A DNA stretch of 64,000 bases from Octopus bimaculoides (lineage: Eukaryota). The DNA lies in the NCBI RefSeq assembly GCF_001194135.2, contig NC_068990.1:16044650-16108649 (forward strand). Direction: 5' to 3'. Below the pieces are notes generated by a model that was not told the DNA's origin, did not search any database, and saw only the letters and a list, made by a program, of their open reading frames with translations. Each line of letters opens with the position of its first letter. Positions within the stretch are counted from its first letter, which is position 1. Shown piece by piece: positions 51,507 to 64,000 of this stretch. Made by a program: the position numbers and the translations under genes.

Positions 51507-51837
51507 GCTTTAGAGCATGTAATTTGTAATTCAAACATAATTGCAGAGTTGTTAGAGTAAATAAAGGATTAAAAAATGCATAGAATCTCTTACAGCTATG
51601 CATATAGTGCATAGGTCATTGAGCAAAGGTTTCCATATAAACCAACTATACAGTCTTCAGAGAGGAAGAAGTGAAGAATATCCTCAATGAAAGATATTAG
51701 TAGTTCCCAGTTCCATCAACAAAGAATTAAGGAATATCTTTAGTAAAAAAAAAAATATACATATATGTGTGTGTGTGTGTGTGTCTATGTGTATATATGT
51801 TTATGCATGTTCATATGTTTATATGTATATATACATG

Positions 51838-51874
<37 letters not shown>

Positions 51875-52089
51875 CAAGTTTCTTTCAGTATTCATCTACC
51901 AAATCTACTAACAAGGCTTTCATCAATCTGAGGCCATTACAGATGACACTCAACTAGAGTGCCACACAGTAGGACTGAACCTGAAACCATGTGGTTGGGA
52001 AGCAAACTTCTTAACCTCACAGCTATGCTATAATGTACTTCTCACTTTATCTGTTTGTGTCTCTCTGTCTATATGTGCCTGTGCATGTG

Positions 52090-52148
<59 letters not shown>

Positions 52149-52685
52149 TCATACATACACACATATGTATGTATAGAGTTTGCCACACAGCCAGATATTT
52201 CAACCATACCCCACCCTATTACCATGCCCATCACTGAGTATTATTCCTCTGTACACAAATACAAATTCTTCTTATCATTGCTTAGACGATTGTGAACATT
52301 TGGTTATTTTTTAAACTTCAGAGAAATCGTTTATCAGTTAATTATTATAATTAATTAACTAGGAAATAGGAACGATATCTAGTTTTGCTACTGGGTAGTC
52401 TCACAAGGCACGTATATATGTGTATGTATGTAAGTTTGTAAGTGTGTGTGTGTGTGTGTATGTATATGTATGTATATATACATGTGTGCATGTATGCTCA
52501 TATGTATGTATATGTATGTTTGTATGTATATTTGTATGAATGTTTGTGTGAATATGTGTATGTAATGTGTGTATATGTATATAACATATGTAATATATGT
52601 GTGTAAGTACACACATATGTATAAAGTGCTTCCTTTATGTTATCATGATATCTATGAAGAAAGAGCCATTGCCTCTAACCAACAG

Positions 52686-52793
52686 GTTCCCTCTTAATTC
52701 AAAATTATGGAAAAGATGGGTGCAGTTTAGTGCAGTTGAAATGAAGCTTGGAGAGAATGCAGTGCAACGTGCTTTGCAGCTGGATAAAAACTG
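52686..52793 (+). CDS. Candidate symmetric exon (FPLNSKLWKRWVQFSAVEMKLGENAVQRALQLDKN), loosely HAT/TPR-like
   Basis: CTAACCAACAG acceptor and CTG|GTAATT donor; 108 nt, phase 2-2, open frame. No firm homology. Confidence 0.28.
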
Positions 52794-52984
52794 GTAATTT
52801 ATTTATAAGTCAATAGGTCTGTCAGTTTGTCTGTGCATCTGTCTATCCATCCATCCATTCACAACCAATCAAACACCATATCTGCCAGTCACTGGAAGGT
52901 GAGGAAGAAATTGATGGAACTGCTAAGAAATTCTTCATTCTCTTATCGACAAATAGAGTTTTTTTTTTTTTTTTTTTTTACCAC

Positions 52985-53226
52985 AGTAAGCATATCTGCT
53001 TGTTTAAGAAGCTTGCTTTGCAACATCATTTTAGGTTCAGTCCCACTGTGTGGAACCTTATACTCTAGCTCCAGAATGATCAAAGCCTTGTGAGATAGNN
53101 NNNNNNNNGGTTCAGTCCCACTGTGTGGAACCTTATACTCTAGCTCCAGAATGATCAAAGCCTTGTGAGATAGAGATTTGGTAAACAGTTAGATTTGGTA
53201 AACAGAGACTGAAAGAAGCTTGTTGC

Positions 53227-53272
<46 letters not shown>

Positions 53273-53870
53273 GAGTCAAATAAATCAAAATCAAATCACA
53301 ATCAAATGGAAATTGTAGTTGAGGCTGATACCAGTGCTGGTGGCATGCAATAAGTACCATTCAGGCATGGGTTGTTGCCAGAGCCATCTGACTGGCTCCC
53401 CGTGATGGTGGCACATAAAAAACATCATTGGAACGTGGTCGATGTTAGCCCCCACCCCTGCCCTGACTGGCTCCTGTGTCGGTGGCATGTAAAAAGCACC
53501 ATCCAAACGTGGCTGATGCCAGTGCCACCTGACTGGCTCCCATGCTGGTGGTACGTAAGAAGCACCCACTACACTCTTGGAGTGGTTGGCGTTAGGAAGG
53601 GCATCCAGCTGTAGAAACATTGCCAGATCAGATTGGAGCCTGGCGCAGCCTCCTGACTTGCCAGTCCACAGTCAAACCGTCCAACTCATGCTAGCATAGA
53701 AAACGGATATCAAACGATGATGATGATGATGTGTGCGTGTGTGTATTTGTGTTTGTTCCCCCACCAGTTAACAAATACTGTTGGTGTTGTTTATGTCCCT
53801 GGCAAATGAGACTGACAAAATTAGTACCAGACTTAAAAAAAGATAAGTACTGAAACAAGTTAAAGATAAA
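52985..53870 (+). mobile_element. Composite: family B left half, long family A with internal subrepeats, family B right half
   Basis: GACTGGCTCC...GGTGGCA..TAAAAA.CACC subrepeats occur 3-4 times before the family A tail at ~53560-53730; flanked by the two B halves. Confidence 0.7.
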
Positions 53871-54164
53871 AGGTTAATGATAATCGAGATAAAACAATTA
53901 ACTTGCCTGTGAATTGAACCTGAAGTAAGTGGGTCACTAGAATGTGTATTAAAAGAAAGAAAGAAATGCAAAGAGTTGAATCTCAAAGGGAACATTAAAA
54001 CCAATGTAGTTACCCTAAGTGATGTTTTGCATGAACAGAAGGAGAGGAATTTAGGCTTTTGTAAAAATACACTGTATTGGAATATTTAGAGAGAGAGAGG
54101 TAGCATGTCTACTATAAGGGAATGTTTTGCATGGTTACGGTTAGGAATTATAATTTATATACAG

Positions 54165-54835
54165 GTAGCGGGGTTCTGAAAGGGGTCTCAGGGAGTAGCA
54201 TCCTTACCTTTCTGAGCTACTTTTCCACCACATTTCTTAGAAATTGTGTTAAAAGCCTTGATCTTGGGACCACTCATGTTCAGAGACTAAGGTTGAGGAT
54301 AAGCAAGGGCATGCTCCCCGATGAAAATCCAGCTCCAAAAAAGCCTCATGATAGCAAAGGAGAATGGGCACCAGCTAGCCCAAAGGTTGGGGTGGGCTGC
54401 ACTTGCCTACCTCGGTTGCTATAGCACTGAGGTAGATCTGGCCACCCCTGTTAATGGGAACAAAACCCAAATTTGAAACATTGGATGATGATGAGGATAC
54501 AGAGACTATGATTTAAGGATTGTGTAGAGTTCTTTTTGAAAGCATGTGAAATATGGGAGGTCAGTTGGGAAAGCAATGCTTGTCATTGTTACCAGTGGAG
54601 GAAGCGACAAGTAAAGGAAGGAGTGATTGTTTTTGAAAAAAACATGCATTTTCCAAATGCAGAGTTTAAGCAAACTGCTCAAAAATACACTGCAGTGAAT
54701 GGGGGAAGGTTGGTCTGCAATATCTGCAAACATGTATGTTTATTAAGAACTGGACTTTCCTGTCACCAGTGGAGCCATAAATACATAAATTTGACTGAGT
54801 GTACGATTTTCTTAATGATCAGCGATGGTCTTTCT
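54165..54835 (+). mobile_element. RTE-clade LINE relic: C-terminal ORF (54500-54790) preceded by a putative 5' segment
   Basis: QRL*FKDCVEFFLKACEIWEVSWES...WRKRQVKEGVIVFEK...LVCNICKHVCLLRTGLSCHQWSHK matches RTE C-termini (RFKD, WE...WR, CxxC..C...GL.SH). Assignment of the 5' segment is inference. Confidence 0.7.
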
Positions 54836-55059
54836 CAGTCACAAGTTGACAGCCATTATATGCATATTTATGCAGATATGTATGCATTTATGTATGTATG
54901 TACATACATATGCATGTTTACAAGGTGTTTGGGTCAAATTCAATGATTTTTTTTAGGTCTCCTTTTTTTCAAGAACAGCTTGATGTATTGGTGGACAGTG
55001 GACAATGTTGGAGAGCATAAAGATTAATGTTGTAGTTGAGAAAAAGTCAACTGACATGG

Positions 55060-55290
55060 AGGACTGAGAGCCATCTGAATATTGGAAAAGACTTACCTAT
55101 ATCATGTTGATTTGCACTGAGTGTCAAAATGCTGCTCAATGCTCTGTGAACAACGTGAAGGCTGTAATACATGACATGGACAGCTGCAATGGTGACTACA
55201 AAGCTGTGGCCAGCAGGAAGAAACACAGCTGGCATTCTGACTGCATCTGCCTGGCGGAATTTATCCTCACATCACTGAACAAGGCCTTGG
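55060..55290 (+). mobile_element. Tc1/IS630-like transposase N-terminal relic, second lineage
   Basis: EYWKR...DSCNGDYKAVASRKKHSWHSD aligns with EIWK...DEYNGDYKGTAAQKTHSDHSD at 26590-26850. Confidence 0.5.
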
Positions 55291-56229
55291 GCTCAATTCA
55301 GATGGTTATGTACCTACAAATTTACAGAGAAACCTAGTAATACTAGATTTTTCAAAGAATGAGCAAAAGAAACTGATGTGGATTCTCTAAATCCAATTTA
55401 TTAGTGGCACAGTGAAGATTTGTAAGACATTCCAAAGATTCTCCATTTGAGATACTTTAGATGAATAGATGCACACACTTTGGTCTGTGCATTGACAGTT
55501 CAACCAACATACCAACTCAACTACATATTTTCAAACCCTGAGAATTCTCTTAACTCAAAAAGTTTTATTACTTTGTTAGCAACTGGCTTGAACTTTCTTA
55601 AGAAGAATCTGAATAAAACTCAAAAGGAAAAACACATACATGGATTGATACACAAATAAAAGATAAACTTGTTCTGGTGCTGCATAAAATATATGAAACT
55701 AGCAGAACAAACATTGGGTAATCTGTAATTATTTTAAACATCCCAAATCTGGTTTTTGTCTGTGTTTATATATGGCCGAGTGTGCATGGATGTATATGCA
55801 AGTGTAGGTTGAGTGTGTATGTGTGTGTTTGTGTATGTATATGTGTATGTGTGTGTATCTGTGGGAGGGTGCTGGGGGTAGGTATGTTATTATTTGTCTG
55901 TGACTGTGTATGGCAAGGTGGGTGTGTGTGTGTGTGGAGGGAGTTGGCAAGGCACATGCTTACAGCTCTGAGACAATGGCTATTCTAATACAATGTAATA
56001 AAATGTGACAACATGGCCTGGGGTGGGCAGGGGCAGGAGACCATAAATTTCCACAGTCAACACAACCTTCTCCCCAACCTCCCACCCATGCACCCTGCTT
56101 CCACACTGCCTGCCCCTTCCGTTCTCCTCCTCTGCAACAGCGACCTCCCCCCCCCACTGGTGCCACTGCCACCACGGCTATGACCACAACCACACTTCCA
56201 ATCCACCTTCTATCTCTCCCTCTACAGCA

Positions 56230-56730
56230 TGCACCTGACTATCATCATCATCCCCATCACAATCATCATCACAATTATCCTCCTTATCATCATCATCATC
56301 ACTACCATCAGTGTTATTAGCAGTACCACAAAGAGTCTGCAGATTTACCACTACCATCACAACAACCACCACTAGAACAATCACCACAACCACCACCATA
56401 ACAACTACCACCAACACCATCACAACCTACACCACCACTGGATAACCACCGCTAGATCAACCAATGCTACCACCACCACCACTGGAACAACCACTATAAC
56501 CAGTAGAACAACCACTACACCACTAGAGCAACCACATCACTGCTAGAACAACCACTACAACCACTATGACCACCACAACCAATACCATCGCTACACTCAT
56601 CATTGAACCACCACCACTAGATCTGCCACCACCCCCACTGCAACTACCACCATTGAACCACCACCACTAGATCTGCCACCACCACCACTGCAACTACCAC
56701 AACCATCATGACCATCACCAACCCCACCAT
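56230..56730. repeat. (CAC/CAA/CAT) low-complexity tract containing a 2 x 50-bp tandem duplication (56601-56700)
   Basis: Direct reading of the sequence. Confidence 0.85.
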
Positions 56731-57188
56731 CATATAGAACATTTACAATCCAGCAAGAGAACCTTCTGTATTACTTTAATCTTTCTGCCTCTCCTTCACC
56801 TCTCTGACCCCATGACTAACTTTCTCCCTCCCCTTCTTGCTCACCCCTCTCTCTTTCTTTCTATTTCTCTTTCCTCCTGTTCTTCCCTCAGCAGACATAT
56901 CTTTCAACAAACTCCCTACCAGCTTAGAAAGAGAAAAAAAATTTGCTATTTTGTTATTTTATTGTAGGACAGCTATATCCCCTAATAAAGACCAATGGGG
57001 TTGGTGGTGGGGACATCTAAAGTGCTGAATGAGCAGAAGTCCTATTAAAACTGGAAGGAAAGGGTAAGGGAACATATGAGGATGAAAGGAAGGAAGGAAG
57101 GAAGGACGGAAGAAAGAAATAACTTATGATTTACTTTGTTTATGATATCAGCAGAAAATTCCTTATTTCTATTGATTAATATTAGTAA

Positions 57189-57246
<58 letters not shown>

Positions 57247-57248
57247 AA

Positions 57249-57465
57249 GGTGGTGAGCTGGCAGATTTGTTAGCACACGGAGCAAAATGCTTAGTGGCAT
57301 TTTGTCCTATCTTTACATTCTGAGTTCAAATTCTGCTGAAGTCAACTTTGCCTTTCATCCTTTTGAGGTCAATAAAATAAGTACCAGTTGAACACTGGGG
57401 TTGATGTAATTGACTTATCCTCCACCTATGGAATTGCAGGCCTTGTTTCAAATTTTGAAGCTATT
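57249..57465 (+). mobile_element. Family C tRNA-derived SINE between (ATT)n runs
   Basis: GGTGGTGAGCTGGCAGA head through GCCTTGTTTCAAATTTTGAA tail. Confidence 0.8.
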
Positions 57466-58306
57466 ATTATTATTATTATTATTATTGAGTGAGACAGCTG
57501 TGCATGTCATCAAAGTGACATAGGGTACAGATATACAAAGCCCAATATACTCGTTATGACTACCCATCTGATAAGGGTTCACCAGGCTGATACATCATGA
57601 CCATATGTGTGCAACATGATGATCTCATATCAAGATAAACAGTGCATGACTTTGCAGGTGAGACCCAATTAGAATTTTTTTCAGGTTGAGTAGCCCATCC
57701 TACTCAGAAGGTCCCCAAGTAAAGGTTGTTTAAGAATGTTGGGCGAAACATCTATGTTTCCAGAGGTGAATTATTCAAACCCCAAAGAATTCCTCTCAAC
57801 ACATAGTTCTAATGCTTCCCCAATACTCCTGCTCATGATCAGAAATGCACATATCATCAGTCACTAAAGGACATGCTTAACTGGTTATGGTTTGACAGCT
57901 GGCAAAAAAATCTGTGATATTGAGCAGAATATTTTGTGTAGCCCATCTTTTACACTGAAACAAAACCTGTTAATGCTTCCAATTAGTTAAGATTAGGAGC
58001 CATGAGAACCATTGCTTGGTACTGCATCAGGGCATTTATTATTATTATTATTATCATTCAGTAGTCTTATTTTTATCACATGCTTCCACTGCACTACTGA
58101 GTGCAGTTCCAGAAGTTTATCATTTAAATATATATGATCATGTCTAGATATGTAACTATATGCATGAGAATACATACATACAAACAAAAATACCCTGTTA
58201 ATGTTGAAATTCCAATGAAAGAGCCTTGGTTCTAGGTTAGAAACCAGTTCTTTTTCTATTGGCAAGAAATCTTGAAATAAACTGAATAATGACATACATA
58301 CATGCA

Positions 58307-58338
<32 letters not shown>

Positions 58339-59914
58339 AGTACATATATGTATGTATTCCTATATGTTTGTATGAGTGTAAATATGAGCGTTTGGGTCTC
58401 CTTTTCTTGGCATTTTGTGATAGTTGTAAACAAGTGTCACTGTCTTACAAGCAATGTTCTTCATTTCTAGTCTTCCATGAAACATTGAAACATGTCCAAT
58501 CATGTGAAAGTATTACCTTGCTTAGAAACAAATGAAGATTGGCAACAATGGCACCTGGCCATTGAAAAACCTGCCATAATAAATTCCATCTGACCCATAC
58601 AAACATAAAAAATAGATGCTAAAATGATGATGATGATGATGATATGCATATAATTTCTGTTGTGCATATAGTTTCATCACAATTTTAGTTTTTGTTTCTT
58701 GTTTTTGTTTTGCAACACAAAGACACTGCAAGTGAGATAAAAATAGATAAGATAAAGATCCTTCCTGAGTCATACAGACTCAAGAGTTAGTTTTGCAGTT
58801 TCTGTGGTGTATATATCCACAACCCCTGGACTGAATGCCAGACCATTGGTGGATTACTCATTTTTCCAGCTGAATGTATTGGAGCAGCATGGAATGAAGC
58901 GTTTTGCTCAAGAATACAATGCATCGCCTGGTCCAGGAATTGAAATCACAATCTTACAATCATGATTCCAATCACTAAGCCATACACCACATGTGAGAGG
59001 TAGCAACTATGTCAGCTAACCCAGTTAAAGCAATTTGAGATGGTTATTTGAGATTGGGTGTGGAGTTAGGCCGGCTTGAAGGTAAGAGGCCTTTGTCATA
59101 TTAATGGTCTGCCTCCTAAGCTGGATACTAAAATCCGTGCACAACATGTTACAAACCTTTCAATTATATGAACAACAGCAAGAATAAAACTAATAATAGC
59201 AAGAAAGATAATGCTAATAATAATAATGATGATGATAACGTTAATAATAATAATGATAATAATCTGCTTTACATAAAAAAAGAGATAACACAGTAATATT
59301 TTCACCAGAAAGTCACCATAACTAAATGGCTTAAGCTTTAAACATTGAGGATAAAATGAATAATGACAGAAAAATTAGAAATAAAATAAATGAAATAGAA
59401 AATAAAAATTAAAAAAATAAGCATATGCAGCAAAAAAATAGTTAATCGTTTATCATTGTTTCTCTTAATTAAAGAGGAAAGAAAAATGTTAAAGGAAAAA
59501 TAATAATAATAAAATAAGTGAAAAGTATATACAAAAGAAAAAAAGCTGCTTGTAGTCAGTCCATTTTGAGGCGTTGTTGGTTGCTAATAAATCGGTGGAA
59601 CCGTGAAAAGAGGTGTGGTTAATAGAATCCCATAAAATTAAGGTATGACATCTTGTTTGGCAAACATGGTAGTTAATGGACTAAGATAATATAATAAAAA
59701 ATAAGCAGAGGTTTTTCTTGATGTCTTCTTCTTCTCTGCAGCACACAGCATGCAGTAAGCTTCTTTACTCTCTGCTGTCACTGTGAATGCAACCACACCA
59801 TGTCAGACCACTGCCTTATACTACACCATACCACCATTATCCCGTTCTCAAAGAACAATTGTGTGAGATATTTTATTGTCAACAGTAACAACTTTGTGAA
59901 AGAACATGGGATCT

Positions 59915-60300
59915 TTTATCTTTTTCTTGTTTCAGTCATTAGACTGTGGCCATGCTGGGGTACCACCTTGAAGAATTTTTAGTTGAATGAATCAAATACA
60001 GTATTTATTTATTTTAAGCCTGGTACTTATTCTATTGGTCTCTTTTGCCAAACCGCTAAGTTATGGGTATGTAAATATACTAACACCAGTTGTCAAACAG
60101 TGATGGGGAACAAACACACACACATACATATATATACGATGGGCTTCTTTCAGTTTCTGTTTACTAGATCCACTCACAAGGCTTTTGTTGGTCCGAGGCT
60201 ATAGTAGAAGACACTTGCCCAAGGTGTCATGAAGTAGGACTGAACCTGAAACCATGTAGTTGAGAAGCAAACTTCTTATCACAAATCTACACCTACACCT
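59915..60300 (-). mobile_element. Family B bipartite SINE
   Basis: Both halves in reverse orientation. Confidence 0.8.
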
Positions 60301-60459
60301 GATTTCTACTACTTTTAATTAAAACATCTCTCTGATACTCAAATCCTGCAATGTTAATTGCTGTTCAGTAAGCATATATGGGATTGTTCAACATGCTGGA
60401 AATAACAGCTAAATCACCATTGAATCACACCCTTTGATCTTAGGTGACAAATTCACAGA

Positions 60460-61400
60460 TTTGCTAGAGCATCGAACAGAATGCTACATGGTACTTGTTC
60501 CAACTCTCTTTACATTCTGAGTTCAAATCCTACTGGGGTCAACTTTGTCTTTTATTTTTCTGGGGTCAATAATTTAAGTACTCCTCTTGAATGGTGAATT
60601 CACTGAATTGTTAGAGCATTGGATGTGTAGTTTTGTAGTATTTGTTCCAGCTGTCTGCATTCTGCGTTCAAATCCCATCATTGTCAACTTTGCCTTTTAT
60701 CCTTCTGGAGGTCAATAAAATATAGTGGCAGTCCTGGGCAATTGTTTGGGGAATTGTTAGAGCATTGGATGGGAAGTTTTCTGGTATTTGTTCCAACTCG
60801 CTGCTATATGAGTTTAAATCCTGGCTAAGGTCAATTCTGCTTTTATCATTCTGGGATCAATAAAATATGTTGGCAGTTCAGGCAAGGGCTGGATTAAACC
60901 CCATAGAGGCACTTAAAAGATTTTGGTACCCCCATATATATGAAATTCAAAATGTAAATAATAATAAACCATAAAATAAATTTTTATTTTTCAAAATGAA
61001 ACAAAACTAACATTAAAATGGAAAATAATGTTTATTTTGTATACTTCCACTTTAGTTATATTTGAAAAGTTTTCTCCTACTTTTTTTCATTGCAAAATCT
61101 TTGATCCTCACTATGACACCATGAACATTTTGAAATTATATTTCCAATAATACAAACCACTTTGGATATTATTTTAGCTGGGTTAAAGTGATTTCTTTTG
61201 TGCTGTAAACCATTTACTATTTCTGTGGTGTGCCCCCTCTTCCCTTCAAGCCTTAAGAACATACTTATTTTGCTTAATAGTTAATTCAGTGCTGAGTCTA
61301 GGGCAGTGGATTAGGGAATTGTTTGAGCATCAAACATGATGACTTGTGGTAGTTGTTTCCATCTCATTGCATTCTGAATTCTTGAGTTGGGGATTAAATT
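60460..61400 (+). repeat. Array of about 4 degenerate family C cores, interrupted by a hAT element
   Basis: GAATTGTTAGAGCAT...TTCTGAGTTCAAATCC...GTCAACTTTG repeats at ~60460, 60600, 60770 and 61310. Confidence 0.6.
60883..61294 (-). mobile_element. hAT non-autonomous element, second copy of 39115-39540
   Basis: Colinear with 39115-39540; degenerate TIRs; flanks AGTTCAGG / AGTCTAGG (6/8) are consistent with a decayed TSD. Confidence 0.8.
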
Positions 61401-62634
61401 CAACATCTGATTGAAGACCACTGTCTTGTCCCTTGGTTGTCTGGAGTGGAATTCTCTCTGTTGCAAGTATTCAGACCAAATCTTTGGTTTGAGGGTATAT
61501 TTCTACCTTTTAGCCATTAACCTCAGATGGAGCTCTTGAGAAAACAGAGGATCATGGGTACTGATTTTCTCTCTCTAACTAAAAATGAAACAAAATATTA
61601 ACTCCAATTAATAGGTAATCAATGACAGCATATAATGTATGAAGACTTTAAGGAGTTAATTTAAAATAACTTTGTTGTGAGAGAAAAACATTTGTTTGTC
61701 AATGACTCTAATATTTTAATTTGTCAGCAAATACTTTTCTATTCTAGGCACAAGGCCCATTTGTCAGCAAATACAAGAGAAGTGTTAAGTCTTTTTACTG
61801 CTCCATGCACTGAATGTGTTATATATTGTTTGAATTAAAGAAACAATGTATATATAATATTTATGTGTAATGGTGCTCACTGTGATATTTTGTGTCAGGA
61901 GAACTTCCCTTAAGAGACTTTGTGTGTTAAAAAACACAGAGATCACCCAGAATGGTGTCAATGGATCATCAGACACTAGGTTTTGACTTAATTTGGTACC
62001 CTCAGTGATGAACACCCTCAGACATTCTGAGCTAAAGCAGAAGCATCATTCCTATACAGAAATCAGTGAATGGAATGTTCCCCAATTTATGTGGAATCTA
62101 GCCAGGCTTAAATCAAATAAATATACAGAATGAAATGGCATAACATTGAAATAACAATATAACATAGTCTATATACAAACAATGAATGTTGCTAGCTGTA
62201 ACAGTTTGTCTCACAGAAACTTATCTTTAGATACTTTCTGTGTTAAAAACTCTTACCATCATTATCAGTTAACGTCTGTTTCCCATGGTGGCAAGGGTTA
62301 GAATAGTTTGACAGGAGCTGGCAAGGAAAACAACTGTATCATGCTTCAATGTCTGCTTTGGTATGCTTTCTATAGCCTGACACCCATCCTCATACCAATG
62401 CCTTTCCTAATGTCATAGAAATGAAAATAGATTATACACTGGCTGATATCATTTTTTTCTTTTCTCACACCATATTTTTTGCAACTTGGCTATTTTCTTT
62501 ACAACACCCTCGTCCGTTAGATATATAAACTCTAACTTATTGACTTTCATGTGGCTGCCATTTTTGAATTATTTAGAAGGCATAACATTTTGTTCATAAA
62601 TTACTTTGTTAAAAGAAAAAAAAAAAAAAATCAG

Positions 62635-63080
62635 TAGGTACAGACACGGATGTGGCTGCTAAGAAACTTACTTTGCAAGCAAACGATTTCAGGTTCAGTT
62701 CTCACTGCACAGCACTTTAGGCAAGTGTCTTCTACTATAACCCTGGCCAGACCAATGCTTTGTAGGTGAATTTGCTCAACAAAAACAATGTGGGATTCTG
62801 TTGTGTGTGTTGTGTAGGTGTGTGTGTGTGTGCTTGCAGGTGCATGTGTGTGTGTATATGTGTATATGTATGTACGTGTTGCTGTGCTTATGCCCCCCCC
62901 CCACCCCACTGCTTGTCAACTGGTGTTGGTTTGTTTACATCTCAGTAAAACTGCTAACACTGATAGGAAAAAGCAAAAGAGACTGATAGAATAATTTTTT
63001 AAAAAGTACTGGGATTGATTTATTTGACTAAACCCTTCAAGGTAACAATCCAGTGACTGAAACAAGTAAAAGATAAAAGA
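62635..63080 (+). mobile_element. Family B bipartite SINE
   Basis: Both halves and AACAAGTAAAAGATAAAAGA tail. Confidence 0.8.
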
Positions 63081-64000
63081 TCATTGAATGATCAAAGCAA
63101 ATACTTCATTTAATTGTTTTAACAATATTTGCTTTAATAATTAAAAAAAGAAGGTGAGTGAAACTTGTTAATTACCAGCTGAGTGAGATTTAAGCATGTA
63201 TAGAATGTAAATACAGACAGGTCGACTGCCTGATGTCTTTGACCATCATGACCACAGTCGTATGTAAATATTCCAGGTTTCAGACAAACTCACCTCGCTT
63301 CACACTTGTATATATAACAGTCTGAGTTAAAAATAAATAAATTGTAAAAAAAAAATCATGAAAAAATGTTTAAAATATTATATACATATATATATAAAAA
63401 AAGAAAACCTCATTCTTTGATATGATGTGTTAATCCATTTAGAGTTAATTAAACATTTTCTTTTCGTAATGATCAAACAATTTCACCAGCAACAGCTCTC
63501 ACATTTTAAAGACGAGTTGTTAACTGCATTAATTAATAATACACACAGATATGTGTGTATATGCATATATCAATGAGCATGGGCATGTTTATGCATGCTT
63601 GTGTGTTTGTGTGTGTCTGTGTGTGTAAAAAAGAGAGAAGGGAAGATGCTTAACACTTTGTCAAGTGTGTTAATTAAAAGTGTTACTGTCAATAACTCTT
63701 ATATACTTTGTAAAAACAGCTCTCCTTAAAATCTCTTGACATTTTCGAGATCACATTTACACATTATGGTTAAAATTAATTATTCTGTAACTATGTATAT
63801 ATGCTGTAGAATGGTGACAAGCTTCCAGAAAGCCACAACTGTGATGCAGTTTCAATTCCTAGGTCCTGTTATTTCATTTAACCTTGCTCCCTTCTTTATA
63901 CTTTTCTTAATCACAGTGTTCTTTTTGTATTCTTTGGGAAATAGCACAACTGGAACACAAAGACCAAGAACAATGCAACAATGCTTCTAATGTTTTCCCC

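Noticed and set aside
57490-57960. GC-balanced island that looks like an interspersed repeat
   Set aside because: No second copy, ORF, TIR or TSD in the window to support a classification.
59040-59170. LFEIGCGV methyltransferase-like motif and nearby splice-like signals
   Set aside because: The frame stops three codons later, and the alternative exon readings on both strands are equally weak.
3331-63083. Dozens of ORFs rich in HT, CV, YI, RE/LS, poly-L/I/H/M or X
   Set aside because: They are translations of di- and trinucleotide microsatellites or N-gaps and have no coding signal.

Overview
AT-rich, microsatellite-dense eukaryotic DNA with eight sizeable N-gaps and five 10-N gaps. The repeat types (tRNA-derived and bipartite SINEs, an (ATG)n-tailed SINE, mariner MITEs) match what I recognise from coleoid cephalopod (Octopus) genomes; the taxon is inferred. 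Only one protein-coding segment is confidently identifiable: a + strand exon (25060-25242) encoding a signal peptide plus the first half of a J-domain, best matching DNAJC10/ERdj5. I found no further DNAJC10 exon in the visible downstream 39 kb. Nearly all other ORFs in the track are translated microsatellites or repeat relics. The rest is a layered transposon landscape: four SINE families (labelled A-D here), three mariner derivatives, two Tc1/IS630-like fragments, hAT and piggyBac MITEs with intact target-site duplications (TSDs), a HINE/DINE-1-like element, and decayed CRE-like, R4/Dong-like and RTE retrotransposon fragments. The most notable non-coding items are a type I hammerhead ribozyme with an intact core (7042-7093, minus), a 140-bp-arm inverted SINE pair, a 286-bp foldback and a tRNA-Asp/SINE-tail chimera. 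All alignments were done by eye and family names are not database-verified.
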